Assembly (NCBI GenBank): GCA_035762085.1
Contig: DASTPT010000072.1
Location: 3,956 to 67,955, forward strand
From: Actinomycetota bacterium
GTDB lineage: Bacteria; Actinomycetota; UBA4738; HRBIN12
DNA: 64,000 bases
Direction: 5' to 3'
Below the pieces are notes generated by a model. That model did no database searches, was not told the DNA's origin, and was given only the letters and a program-made list of their open reading frames with translations. The translations under genes and the position numbers were made by a program. Below, one piece after another: positions 1 through 8,677 of this stretch (its first letter is position 1; the number at the start of each line of letters is the position of its first letter).

Positions 1-414
1 CGGCATCCCGGCGAGATCTCGTTCCCGGGCGGGCTGGTGGATCCCGGGGACGCAGACCTGGCCTCGACCGCACTGCGGGAGGCTCGCGAGGAGATCGGCC
101 TGGACCCCGCGCTGCCCGAGATCCTCGGCGCGCTGCCGCCCGTCCACACGACCGTGAGCGGGATCCTCGTCGTGCCGTTCGTGGGCATGCTCGTGGACCC
201 CCCGGTGTTGTCCGTGGATGGACGGGAGACCGATCGGGTGCTGACGTTCCCCGTGGACCGGTTGCTCGAGGCCGAGGCCGTCCACGAGCTGGAGCGCCCG
301 GACGGCCGGCGGTGGCGCGGTTGGCTGTACGAGGTCGAGGGAACGACGGTCTGGGGCGCCACCGGGCGCATGCTGCACGACCTGCTCGAGATCCTGCGGA
401 AGGAGGAGCCGTGA
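1..414 (+). CDS. NUDIX hydrolase, CoA pyrophosphatase-like (5' end outside window)
   Basis: Frame-1 ORF open from base 1 to TGA 412-414. Nudix-box-like FPGGLVDPGDADLASTALREAREEIGL. Confidence 0.8.
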   Translation, partial: RHPGEISFPGGLVDPGDADLASTALREAREEIGLDPALPEILGALPPVHTTVSGILVVPFVGMLVDPPVLSVDGRETDRVLTFPVDRLLEAEAVHELERPDGRRWRGWLYEVEGTTVWGATGRMLHDLLEILRKEEP

Positions 415-845
415 ACGGGACCGCGTACGGACCCACCGATGCCGAGCTCCGCTCGATCCTCGGCGACGCCAAGACGATCGCCGTCGTCGGGCTGTCCTCG
501 AACCCGTTCAAGGACTCGTTCGAGATAGCGGAATACCTGCAGCGCAAGGGTTACCGGATCATCCCGGTGAACCCGAACGAGACCGAGGTGCTCGGCGAGA
601 CGGCCTATCCGTCCCTCCTGGACGTGCCGGAGGACGTCCAGATCGACGTCGTCGACGTCTTCCGCCGGGCCGCCGACACGCCTCCGGTCGCCGAGCAGGC
701 CGTCCGGGTCGGCGCGAAGGTGCTGTGGCTCCAGGACGGGATCGTGAACGACGAGGCCCGGCGTATCGCGGAGGAGGGCGGGCTCACGGTGATCATGGGG
801 GTCTGCATCCGAACGACGAACCGCCGGCTGGAACGGGAGGCATGA
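411..845 (+). CDS. CoA-binding domain protein (YccU/YneT-like)
   Basis: GTG 411 overlaps the upstream stop (GTGA), with AGGAGG at 401-406. TIAVVGLSSNPFKDSFEIAEYLQRKGYRIIPVNP is typical of the CoA-binding fold. Confidence 0.8.
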   Translation: MNGTAYGPTDAELRSILGDAKTIAVVGLSSNPFKDSFEIAEYLQRKGYRIIPVNPNETEVLGETAYPSLLDVPEDVQIDVVDVFRRAADTPPVAEQAVRVGAKVLWLQDGIVNDEARRIAEEGGLTVIMGVCIRTTNRRLEREA

Positions 846-848
846 GGC

Positions 849-1013
849 ATGCAGAGGTGGGAGTACTTCGTCGCGCCGGTCCTCGAGCACAACCCGGCCG
901 AGATCCTGGACTCGTTCGGCGAGGACGGATGGGAGCTCGTCTCGATCGTGGCCCAGCCGACGCCGATGGGCGGACAGTCGCTCGTCGCGTACCTCAAGCG
1001 CCCGAAGGGCTGA
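849..1013 (+). CDS. small conserved protein, DUF4177-like
   Basis: 54-codon ORF below the ORF-track cutoff, ATG 849 to TGA 1011-1013, with G/C-rich third positions. MQRWEYFVAP...EDGWELVSIV resembles DUF4177 proteins. Confidence 0.55.
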   Translation: MQRWEYFVAPVLEHNPAEILDSFGEDGWELVSIVAQPTPMGGQSLVAYLKRPKG

Positions 1014-1043
1014 TCGCCGGAAGGGCGGACGAGGCGCCGAGCG

Positions 1044-1265
1044 CTAGTGTCCGGCGCGGCCCATCCGGGTCCGGAACAGCAGGACGGCCGCGATCAGGAC
1101 CAGCCCGATCAGGATCGTCGCCGGCGAGAGCCCCTCGGAGCCGGGGGTGGGGCTCGGCGAGGCGCTCGGCGAGCCCGTGGGCGTCTGCGCCCACGCGACC
1201 CCGTCGTTCAGGGTCGTCAGGGCGAGGACCAGGAGCGGGACGAGCGGCGCTCGGGGACGGGGCAT
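1044..1265 (-). CDS. small secreted/membrane-anchored protein, no recognised domain
   Basis: ATG at 1265. Signal peptide (LVPLLVLALTTLNDGVAWA/Q), Ser/Pro-rich linker, then a C-terminal TM helix plus basic tail (ILIGLVLIAAVLLFRTRMGR). Confidence 0.45.
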   Translation of the reverse strand: MPRPRAPLVPLLVLALTTLNDGVAWAQTPTGSPSASPSPTPGSEGLSPATILIGLVLIAAVLLFRTRMGRAGH

Positions 1266-1315
1266 CCACCCGAGTGTAGGCAGCGGCGGCCGGGCGTGTG
1301 CGGTACCGTCGCCCG

Positions 1316-1942
1316 ATGATCCGGATCGACCACGTCGTCTACGCGGCTCGCGACCTCGACCGCGCCGCCGAGCGCTTCCGCGACGAGCTCGGCCTGGGCT
1401 CCGTCGCCGGCGGCCGCCACGCCGGCTGGGGCACGGGGAACCGGATCGTGCCGCTCGGCGAGCAGTACGTCGAGCTGATCTCGGTCGTCGACCGCGACGA
1501 GGCGGCGGGGAGCGGGTTCGGCCGCACGATGCTCGCGTTCCTCGAGGGCGGGGACCGGCCCTGGACGATCGTCTGCCGCACCGACGAGCTGGATGCGATC
1601 GCCACCCGCCTGAACCTGGAGGTCACCGAGGGGTCGCGCACCCGTCCCGACGGCCAGGTGGTGGCCTGGCGCGCGGCGGGCTTCGAGGATCCGCGGCGGG
1701 AGCGACACATGCCGTTCTTCATCGAGTGGCGGCTCCCGAGCTCCGAGGCCTACCCCGGGCGCACGGAGGCGGCCCACCGGGTCGAGCCCTCCGGCATCGC
1801 CTGGGTGGAGGGCACCGGGGACGGCGCCCGCCTCGCCGAGTGGCTCGGGGGCGCCGAGCTGCCGATCCGCGTCTCGGACGGCGATCCGGCCGTGACCGCG
1901 TTCGCGGTCGCGACCGCGGGCGGCGAGGTGGTCGTCACCTGA
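1316..1942 (+). CDS. VOC/glyoxalase-like domain protein
   Basis: MIRIDHVVYAARDLDRAAERFRDELGL is a typical N-terminus of the glyoxalase-like family. I prefer ATG 1316 over the upstream 1298 start. Confidence 0.75.
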   Translation: MIRIDHVVYAARDLDRAAERFRDELGLGSVAGGRHAGWGTGNRIVPLGEQYVELISVVDRDEAAGSGFGRTMLAFLEGGDRPWTIVCRTDELDAIATRLNLEVTEGSRTRPDGQVVAWRAAGFEDPRRERHMPFFIEWRLPSSEAYPGRTEAAHRVEPSGIAWVEGTGDGARLAEWLGGAELPIRVSDGDPAVTAFAVATAGGEVVVT

Positions 1943-1951
1943 CCGGCGGGA

Positions 1952-3100
1952 TCACCCGAGCGCGAGCTCGAGGTCGGCGATCAGGTCGTCCGGGTGCTCG
2001 ATCCCGATCGAGAGCCGGATCAGCGTCTCGGGGACCGCGAGCGGCGAGCCGGCGACGCTCGCGTGCGTCATCGGCGCGGGGACCTCGATCAGGGACTCCA
2101 CGCCACCGAGCGATTCCGCCAGGAAGAACAGCTCGGTCGACTCCGAGACGCGGATCGCCTCCTCGCGCGACGCGACCTCGAAGCTCACCATGCCGCCGAA
2201 GTCCCGCATCTGGCGCGCCGCGATCCGCCGCCCGGGATGGTCCGGCAGGCCCGGGTAGTGGACCGCGGCCACCTTCGGGTGGCCGGCCAGGAACCCGGCG
2301 ACCGCCTGGGCCCCGGCGCAGTGTGCGCGCATCCGGACCGCGAGGGTCTTCAGGCCGCGAAGCGCGAGGTAGGCGTCCATCGGTCCGGGCACCGCGCCGA
2401 CCGCGTTCTGCAGGTAGGCCAGGCGCTCGGCGAGCCCGACGTCGCTCGTGACGACCGCGCCCATGACCAGGTCGGAGTGGCCGCCGAGATACTTCGTGAC
2501 CGAGTGCACGACCACGTCGGCACCGAGCTCGAGCGGACGCTGCAGGTACGGCGTCGCGAACGTGTTGTCGACGACGCACCGGGCGCCGGCGTCGTGGGCG
2601 ACCCGGGCGACGGCCTCGATGTCGATCACCTTCAGGAGCGGGTTCGTCGGGGTCTCGACCCAGACGATGCGCGTCTCGGGCAGAACGGCCGCGCGCACCG
2701 CGTCGAGGTCCGTCATCTCGACCACGTCGTGCACGAGCCCCCAGTCCTGCAGGACGCGCGCCAGCAGCCGGTACGTGCCCCCGTACACGTCGTTCGAGAG
2801 CAGGACGTGGTCGCCGGGCCGCAGCGTCAGCAGCAGCGTGGTCTCGGCGCCCATCCCCGAGGAGAACGCGACGCCGTGCGTCCCGCCCTCGAGCGACGCG
2901 AGCGCCGTCTGGAACGCCTCGCGCGTCGGGTTGCCGCCCCGCGCGTAGTCGTATCGCTTCGGCGCGCCGACGGCCGGTTGCGCGTAGGTGGACGTCTGGT
3001 AGATCGGGACGTTGACGGCGCCGAACGGCTCGTCGGGCTCCTGGCCGGCGTGGATCGCGCGGGTCTCGAACCTCAGCGCATCTCGGGAGGGATCGCCCAT
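1952..3100 (-). CDS. cystathionine gamma-lyase/gamma-synthase (Cys/Met-metabolism PLP enzyme)
   Basis: FETRAIHAGQ, YQTSTY and the PLP-lysine motif HSVTKYLGGHSD. GAAGGAG lies 5 nt upstream of ATG 3100. Confidence 0.92.
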   Translation of the reverse strand: MGDPSRDALRFETRAIHAGQEPDEPFGAVNVPIYQTSTYAQPAVGAPKRYDYARGGNPTREAFQTALASLEGGTHGVAFSSGMGAETTLLLTLRPGDHVLLSNDVYGGTYRLLARVLQDWGLVHDVVEMTDLDAVRAAVLPETRIVWVETPTNPLLKVIDIEAVARVAHDAGARCVVDNTFATPYLQRPLELGADVVVHSVTKYLGGHSDLVMGAVVTSDVGLAERLAYLQNAVGAVPGPMDAYLALRGLKTLAVRMRAHCAGAQAVAGFLAGHPKVAAVHYPGLPDHPGRRIAARQMRDFGGMVSFEVASREEAIRVSESTELFFLAESLGGVESLIEVPAPMTHASVAGSPLAVPETLIRLSIGIEHPDDLIADLELALG

Positions 3101-3921
3101 CCTCGCTCCTTCAGCTCGTCGAGCGCGTCCTGGCCGGCACGGGCCTGTCGCCAGAGCGCGGACTTGCGCTTCGCGTCGTGTCCCGGCGCGAACTCACTGG
3201 CCGTGAGCGACACGCACGCCGCGTCGCCGCACGCGCAGCGAGCCATGCCGGGGAGCGGCGGCTGCTCGTCCCGACCCCTCGGCAGCTCGCCGCGGCGGAA
3301 CGGATGCGCGGGAAGGGCGACGGCGGGCACGACGATCTGCCCCTCGAGCGGGTCGCCCGGCGCGCTGAACCGGCGCTCGAGCGCGAAGAGCCCGGTCAGG
3401 GCGGCGAGCGCCGCGTCGACCTGATCGGCCGAGCGCAGCGCGTCCGCGTCGACCTGCCGATCCTGCAGCACCCGGCGCCGCCAGGCGTGGGGCGAGATCC
3501 CCTTCGGCGGCAGGCAGCCGGCGAGGACCACGGCCGAGGCGTGCGGGAACACCTCGATCGACGTCCCGTTCACGCGCCCCCCCCCGTAGCGCGGGTAGCG
3601 GTCCTCGACCGCGGCGAACGCGGCGAACCCGACGGTCATCCACTCGAAGAACGGGTGCTCGGCCATGCGCTCGTCGCTCGGCGTGTTGAAGCACTGGATC
3701 CCGAACCATCGGAGCTCGCGCTCGGTCAGGCGGGAGCGGCCCGAGCTCGCCCACGTGGGAGGCGCATCGATCGCGACGACGTCGGGCTCCAGGACCCGGA
3801 CGAGCGCCGGCAGGTCCTCGGGGTGCGCGCGGCGGTGGGTGTCGACGATCGCGCGGTCCGCGTCGAGCGTCACGAGGTCGAGCCCCTTGCGGACCCCGAT
3901 ATCGACCCCGAGCGCGCGCAC
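3073..3921 (-). CDS. DUF429 (RNase H-like fold) protein with Cys-rich C-terminal tail
   Basis: N-terminus ALGVDIGVRKGLDLVTLD...VVAIDAPP is typical of DUF429. C-terminal CACGDAAC...FAPGHDAKRKS. Lies 4 nt after cbs and overlaps the next gene by 28 nt. Confidence 0.7.
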   Translation of the reverse strand: MRALGVDIGVRKGLDLVTLDADRAIVDTHRRAHPEDLPALVRVLEPDVVAIDAPPTWASSGRSRLTERELRWFGIQCFNTPSDERMAEHPFFEWMTVGFAAFAAVEDRYPRYGGGRVNGTSIEVFPHASAVVLAGCLPPKGISPHAWRRRVLQDRQVDADALRSADQVDAALAALTGLFALERRFSAPGDPLEGQIVVPAVALPAHPFRRGELPRGRDEQPPLPGMARCACGDAACVSLTASEFAPGHDAKRKSALWRQARAGQDALDELKERGWAIPPEMR

Positions 3922-3925
3922 GGGC

Positions 3926-5296
3926 CTACTCGGTCCTCGGCCGGTGCGCGAGGAACTCGAGGAGGTCGCTGCGGGTGATCACGCCGAGCGCCTCCCCGCC
4001 GCGCGAGACGAGGACGGCGGGCCCGCGCTGGAGCTCGCCGAAGGCGACCTCGACGGGGTCGTGCGCCTCGACCATCGCGATCGGCGGCCCCATGACCTCG
4101 GCGACGTCGGCCTGCAGGGCGTCGGGGTCGCGGAAGATGCGATCCAGGAGCGCCCGCTCCTGGATGGAGCCGACGACCTGCGCCACGTCCGAGGAGGGCT
4201 CGCGCACGACGGGGGCCTGGGAGATCCCGTACTCCTGCAAGACGTCGATCGCCTGCCGGACCTTGTCGCGGGCGACCACGGTCACGAGCGACGGCACCTG
4301 TCCCTGCTTGGCCGCGAGGACCTCCTCGATCCGCACGACCTCCGGCCGGTCGAGCAGCCCGTACTGGAGCAGCCACGGATCCGAGTAGACCTTCGAGAGG
4401 TAGTTGCGGCCCGTATCGGGCAGGATCACGACGACGGTCGTCCCCTCGTCCATCTCGGCCGAGACCTCGAGGGCCGCCACGACGGCGGTGCCGGCGGAGC
4501 CGCCGACGAGGATCCCCTCCTCGCGCGTGATCCGTCGCGCCATCCGGAAGGCGTCGCGGTCCGAGACGCGCACCCACCGGTCGACGAGCGAGGGGTCGAA
4601 CGTCTCGGGCCAGAAGTCCTCGCCGATGCCCTCGGTGAGGTACGGGTGCACGTCGCCCGAGTAGATCGAGCCCTCGGGGTCGGCCCCGACGACCAGCAGG
4701 TCCGGCCTCTGCTCCTTCAGGTAGCGGGCCGTGCCGGTGATCGTGCCGCCGGTGCCGACGCCGCAGACGAAGACGTCGATCGTGCCGTCGGTCTGACGCC
4801 AGATCTCGGGGCCCGTCGTGGCGTAGTGGGCCGCGGGGTTCTCCTGGTTGAAGTACTGGTTCGGCTGGAAGGCGCCGGGGATCTCCTCCGTCAGGCGGTC
4901 GGCGACGCGGTAGTAGGACTCGGGCGATTCCGGGGCGACGGCCGTGGGCGTGATCACGACCTCGGCGCCGTACGCGCGCAGGAGCGCGATCTTCTCGGCG
5001 CTCATCTTGTCCGGCATCACGAAGATGCACTTGTAGCCCTTGATCGCCGCCGCGATCGCGAGCCCGTGCCCGGTGTTGCCCGATGTCGGCTCGACGATCG
5101 TCCCGCCCGGGCCGAGGAGCCCCGCCCGCTCGGCGGCCTCGATCATGCGGGGGGCGATCCGGTCCTTCACGCTGCCGCCCGGGTTCAGCATCTCGAGCTT
5201 CGCGAGCACGGTCGGGGCGACCCCGCGCGCGACCGAGCGGAGCCGTACGAGCGGCGTATCGCCGACCGCGTCCAGGAAGGAATCGAGGATCTCCAC
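3926..5296 (-). CDS. cbs: cystathionine beta-synthase (PLP domain plus C-terminal CBS pair)
   Basis: LNPGGSVKDR and PTSGNTGHGLA motifs, with a CBS pair at the C-terminus. I chose GTG 5296 (GAGGGGG upstream). The track start at 5389 adds an Arg/Pro-rich extension that I consider non-coding. Confidence 0.9.
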   Translation of the reverse strand: MEILDSFLDAVGDTPLVRLRSVARGVAPTVLAKLEMLNPGGSVKDRIAPRMIEAAERAGLLGPGGTIVEPTSGNTGHGLAIAAAIKGYKCIFVMPDKMSAEKIALLRAYGAEVVITPTAVAPESPESYYRVADRLTEEIPGAFQPNQYFNQENPAAHYATTGPEIWRQTDGTIDVFVCGVGTGGTITGTARYLKEQRPDLLVVGADPEGSIYSGDVHPYLTEGIGEDFWPETFDPSLVDRWVRVSDRDAFRMARRITREEGILVGGSAGTAVVAALEVSAEMDEGTTVVVILPDTGRNYLSKVYSDPWLLQYGLLDRPEVVRIEEVLAAKQGQVPSLVTVVARDKVRQAIDVLQEYGISQAPVVREPSSDVAQVVGSIQERALLDRIFRDPDALQADVAEVMGPPIAMVEAHDPVEVAFGELQRGPAVLVSRGGEALGVITRSDLLEFLAHRPRTE

Positions 5297-5409
5297 GCGT
5301 GCCCCCTCAGCCTGCGGCCGCCATATCGTGCCACGCGGACGGCCGGGCGTCCGGGCCGCCGGATCCGCGGACCGCCATCCGACCTTCAACCCGGCCCCGA
5401 TGCGTGCCG

Positions 5410-6420
5410 ATGCCCATGGGGATGGCCAAGGAGCTTGCCGAGACCCGGTCGGAGCGCGAGAACGCCGGGGGCCTGTTCGAGGCGTCCGGGGGTGAGTCGA
5501 TCCTCGTGGTCGACGACGACCCGTTCATCGCGCGCCTGCTCGAGATCGAGCTGCGGGCCGCCGGGTACGACGTGCGCGTCGCGAACGACGGCGAGCGCGG
5601 GCTCGAGCTCGCGCGCGAGCGCAGCCCCGAGCTCGTCCTGGCGGACGTGATGATGCCGAACATGGACGGCTTCGAGCTCACGCGACACCTGCGGATGGAC
5701 TCGAGGACGGCCTCGGTCAGCGTGATCATGCTCACGGCTCGAGGGCTCTCGGCCGACAAGCTCGAGGGCTTCGCGGTGGGCGCGGACGACTACATCGTGA
5801 AGCCCTTCGATACGCCCGAGCTCCTGGCCAGGATCCGGGGCGCGCTCCGGCGCTCGCGCGAGATGCGGGCGCAGTCGCCGCTCACCGGCCTGCCCGGCAA
5901 CGTCCGGATCGCCGACGAGATCGAGCAGCGCTGCGCATCGCAGACGGCGTTCGCGGTCCTGTACGCGGACCTCGACCACTTCAAGGCGTACAACGACCAC
6001 TACGGGTTCATGCGTGGCGACGAGGTGATCCAGGCGACGGCCCGGCTCCTGCAGGACGTCGCGATGGAGGTCGCCGGCGAAGGTGCGTTCGTCGGCCACG
6101 TGGGCGGCGACGACTTCGTCATCGTCTGCGACGCGACGATCGCCGCGCCGCTCGCGGAGCGAGCGATCGAGCGCTTCGACGCGCAGGTCGGCCAGCTCTA
6201 CGACGACGCCGAGCGGGAGCGCGGGGGGATCGAGGTGGTCACCCGCCGCGGCGAGACCCAGCTGTACCCGGTGATCACGATCTCGATCGGCGTGGCGACG
6301 ACCGAGCGCCGGACGTACTCCCACTACGCCGAGGCGGTCGCCGTCGCGAGCGAGATGAAGTCCTACGCGAAGAAGGCGCACGAGGGCTCCTCGTGGGCCG
6401 TCGACCGCCGCACCTCCTGA
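5410..6420 (+). CDS. response regulator with GGDEF output domain (diguanylate cyclase-like)
   Basis: REC domain (ILVVDDDPF...[14 protein letters not shown]...[10 protein letters not shown]) followed by a GGDEF domain with A-site [10 protein letters not shown]. Start could be ATG 5410, 5416 or 5422. Confidence 0.9.
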   Translation: MPMGMAKELAETRSERENAGGLFEASGGESILVVDDDPFIARLLEIELRAAGYDVRVANDGERGLELARERSPELVLADVMMPNMDGFELTRHLRMDSRTASVSVIMLTARGLSADKLEGFAVGADDYIVKPFDTPELLARIRGALRRSREMRAQSPLTGLPGNVRIADEIEQRCASQTAFAVLYADLDHFKAYNDHYGFMRGDEVIQATARLLQDVAMEVAGEGAFVGHVGGDDFVIVCDATIAAPLAERAIERFDAQVGQLYDDAERERGGIEVVTRRGETQLYPVITISIGVATTERRTYSHYAEAVAVASEMKSYAKKAHEGSSWAVDRRTS

Positions 6421-6478
6421 GATCCTCCACGGCGGCCGCCTCACCGAGCCAACTATCATCGGCGTGGAGGTGAGCTCG

Positions 6479-8137
6479 ATGAGCGCACGCGAGATCCGAG
6501 CTCCCCGCGGGCTCGAGCGGTCGTGCCGATCCTGGCCGCAGGAGGCCGCCCTGCGGATGCTGATGAACAACCTCGACCCCGAGGTCGCCGAGCGCCCGGC
6601 CGACCTGGTCGTCTACGGCGGGACGGGCCGCGCCGCGCGCTCCTGGGAGGCGTTCGACGCGATCGTGCGATCGCTGCGCGAGCTCGGCGACGACGAGACG
6701 CTCCTGGTGCAGTCGGGCAAGCCGGTGGGCGTGTTCCGCACGCATGCGATGGCGCCCCGCGTTCTGATCTCGAACGCGATGCTCGTGCCGAGGTGGGCCG
6801 ACTGGGACACGTTCCGAGACCTGGAGCACCAGGGCCTCACGATGTACGGACAGATGACGGCGGGGTCGTGGATCTACATCGGCACGCAGGGCATCCTCCA
6901 GGGCACGTACGAGACGCTCGCCGAGGCCGCGACGCAGAGCTTCGGCGGCTCGCTCGCCGGCACGATCACGCTGACCGGCGGGCTCGGTGGGATGGGCGGG
7001 GCCCAGCCGCTCGCCGTGACGATGAACGGCGGGGTCGCGCTGTGCGTCGAGGTCGACCCCGCGCGGATCGAGCGCCGGATCAAGACGCGCTACCTGGATC
7101 GCGAGACCGAGGACCTGGACCAGGCCGTCCGCTGGGCGGAGGAGGCGCGGGCCTCGGGGGAGGCGGTCTCGATCGGCCTCCTCGGCAACTGCGCCGAGAC
7201 GCATCCCGAGCTGCTCCGGCGCGGGTTCCGTCCCGATGTCGTCACCGACCAGACGAGCGCGCACGACCCGCTCGGCGGGTACGTGCCCGCGGGGCTGTCG
7301 CTCGAGGCCGCCGCCGAGCTGCGCGCGGCCGACTCGGGCGAGTACGAGCGCCGCGCGTACGCGTCGATGGCCACCCACGTCGACGCGATGGTCGGCTTCC
7401 TCGAGGCCGGCGCGGTCGTGTTCGACTACGGCAACAACCTCCGCGCGGGTGCCGAGATCGGGGGCCTGGCGCGTGACCGCGCCTTCGCCTACCCGGGGTT
7501 CGTGCCCGCGTTCGTCCGCCCGATGTTCTGCGAGGGCAAGGGGCCGTTCCGCTGGGCGGCGCTCTCGGGCGAGGCCGAGGACATCGAGCGGACCGACCGC
7601 GCCGTCGCCGAGCTGTTCCCCGAGAACGAGCGCCTGCGCCGCTGGCTGGACCTGGCGGAGGAGCGGGTCGCGTACCAGGGCCTGCCTGCCCGGATCTGCT
7701 GGCTCGGCTACGGCGAGCGCGCGAGGGCGGGGCTGCGCTTCAACGAGATGGTGGCGACCGGCGAGCTCTCGGCACCGATCGTGATCGGGCGCGACCACCT
7801 GGACAGCGGCAGCGTCGCCAGCCCATACCGGGAGACCGAGGCGATGCGCGACGGCTCCGACGCGATCGCGGACTGGCCGATCCTCAACGCGCTGGTGAAC
7901 ACCGCGGCCGGCGCGCACTGGGTGAGCGTCCACCACGGCGGCGGGGTCGGCATCGGCTACTCGATCCACGCCGGCATGGTGGTGGTGGCCGACGGCTCTC
8001 CGGAGGCCGCCGAGCGCCTGGAGCGCGTCCTCACGACCGACCCCGGAACGGGGGTCGTCCGCCACGCCGACGCCGGGTACGGGCGGGCGCTCGAGGTCGC
8101 GAGAGAGCGGGGCGTCCGGCTGCCCTGGCTCGGGTAG
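6479..8137 (+). CDS. hutU: urocanate hydratase
   Basis: [34 protein letters not shown] and full-length similarity to HutU. ATG 6479 lies 7 nt after GGAGG. The track start is 6464. Confidence 0.95.
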   Translation: MSAREIRAPRGLERSCRSWPQEAALRMLMNNLDPEVAERPADLVVYGGTGRAARSWEAFDAIVRSLRELGDDETLLVQSGKPVGVFRTHAMAPRVLISNAMLVPRWADWDTFRDLEHQGLTMYGQMTAGSWIYIGTQGILQGTYETLAEAATQSFGGSLAGTITLTGGLGGMGGAQPLAVTMNGGVALCVEVDPARIERRIKTRYLDRETEDLDQAVRWAEEARASGEAVSIGLLGNCAETHPELLRRGFRPDVVTDQTSAHDPLGGYVPAGLSLEAAAELRAADSGEYERRAYASMATHVDAMVGFLEAGAVVFDYGNNLRAGAEIGGLARDRAFAYPGFVPAFVRPMFCEGKGPFRWAALSGEAEDIERTDRAVAELFPENERLRRWLDLAEERVAYQGLPARICWLGYGERARAGLRFNEMVATGELSAPIVIGRDHLDSGSVASPYRETEAMRDGSDAIADWPILNALVNTAAGAHWVSVHHGGGVGIGYSIHAGMVVVADGSPEAAERLERVLTTDPGTGVVRHADAGYGRALEVARERGVRLPWLG

Positions 8138-8141
8138 CCGG

Positions 8142-8636
8142 TCAGAACCGGCCGCCGTTGCCCTCGGCGCGTTCGCCGGCGTCGCGCGCGTACTCGGGGC
8201 TCGAGCGGTACACGAGGTAGTCGACCGCCGTCCAGATCGTCTTCGCGAAGGGGAAGAACAGCAGCGGGACGACCGCGGCGATCGTGAGCGACGCGATCGT
8301 GAGCGCGGCGACGTGGACGTCCGGGAGGTCGACGACGAGCCACACGACGAGCGTGGCGAGCCAGATGCCCGCGGTGACGACGTAGTTGATCGTCATCGCG
8401 CCGAGGAACCCGCCCTCCTCGCGCTGGAGCCGCAGCCGGCACCGCGGGCAGCGGTCGCGGATCGTGAACCAGCCGGCGAACAGGCCGCCCGAGCCACACC
8501 GAGGGCACCGGCGCGTGACGCCGCGCCACAACGCCGACACCGCGCCCGGCTCGTTCCCGGGGGCTGCCGGCTCGGGTCGCGGGCGCTCGGGCTCCAGGCC
8601 GTCGTAGGGGCCGGGGGGTTCGGACACGGGCGCCAC
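8142..8636 (-). CDS. DUF983 membrane protein with zinc-ribbon
   Basis: CPRCGSGGLF...CPRCRLRL followed by two TM helices, the typical DUF983 layout. Confidence 0.75.
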   Translation of the reverse strand: MAPVSEPPGPYDGLEPERPRPEPAAPGNEPGAVSALWRGVTRRCPRCGSGGLFAGWFTIRDRCPRCRLRLQREEGGFLGAMTINYVVTAGIWLATLVVWLVVDLPDVHVAALTIASLTIAAVVPLLFFPFAKTIWTAVDYLVYRSSPEYARDAGERAEGNGGRF

Positions 8637-8677
8637 CGTAGCAGCCGACGGTCGGCGCGCCGGGGTAGCCTGACGCC

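Noticed and set aside
5297-5409. Possible SAM/S-box or other riboswitch in the cbs leader
   Set aside because: I read the minus-strand leader and found no conserved S-box, SAM-II or SAM-IV cores. Only generic GC-rich sequence is present.
6275-8065. 596-aa minus-strand ORF
   Set aside because: It is antisense to hutU and has no motifs.
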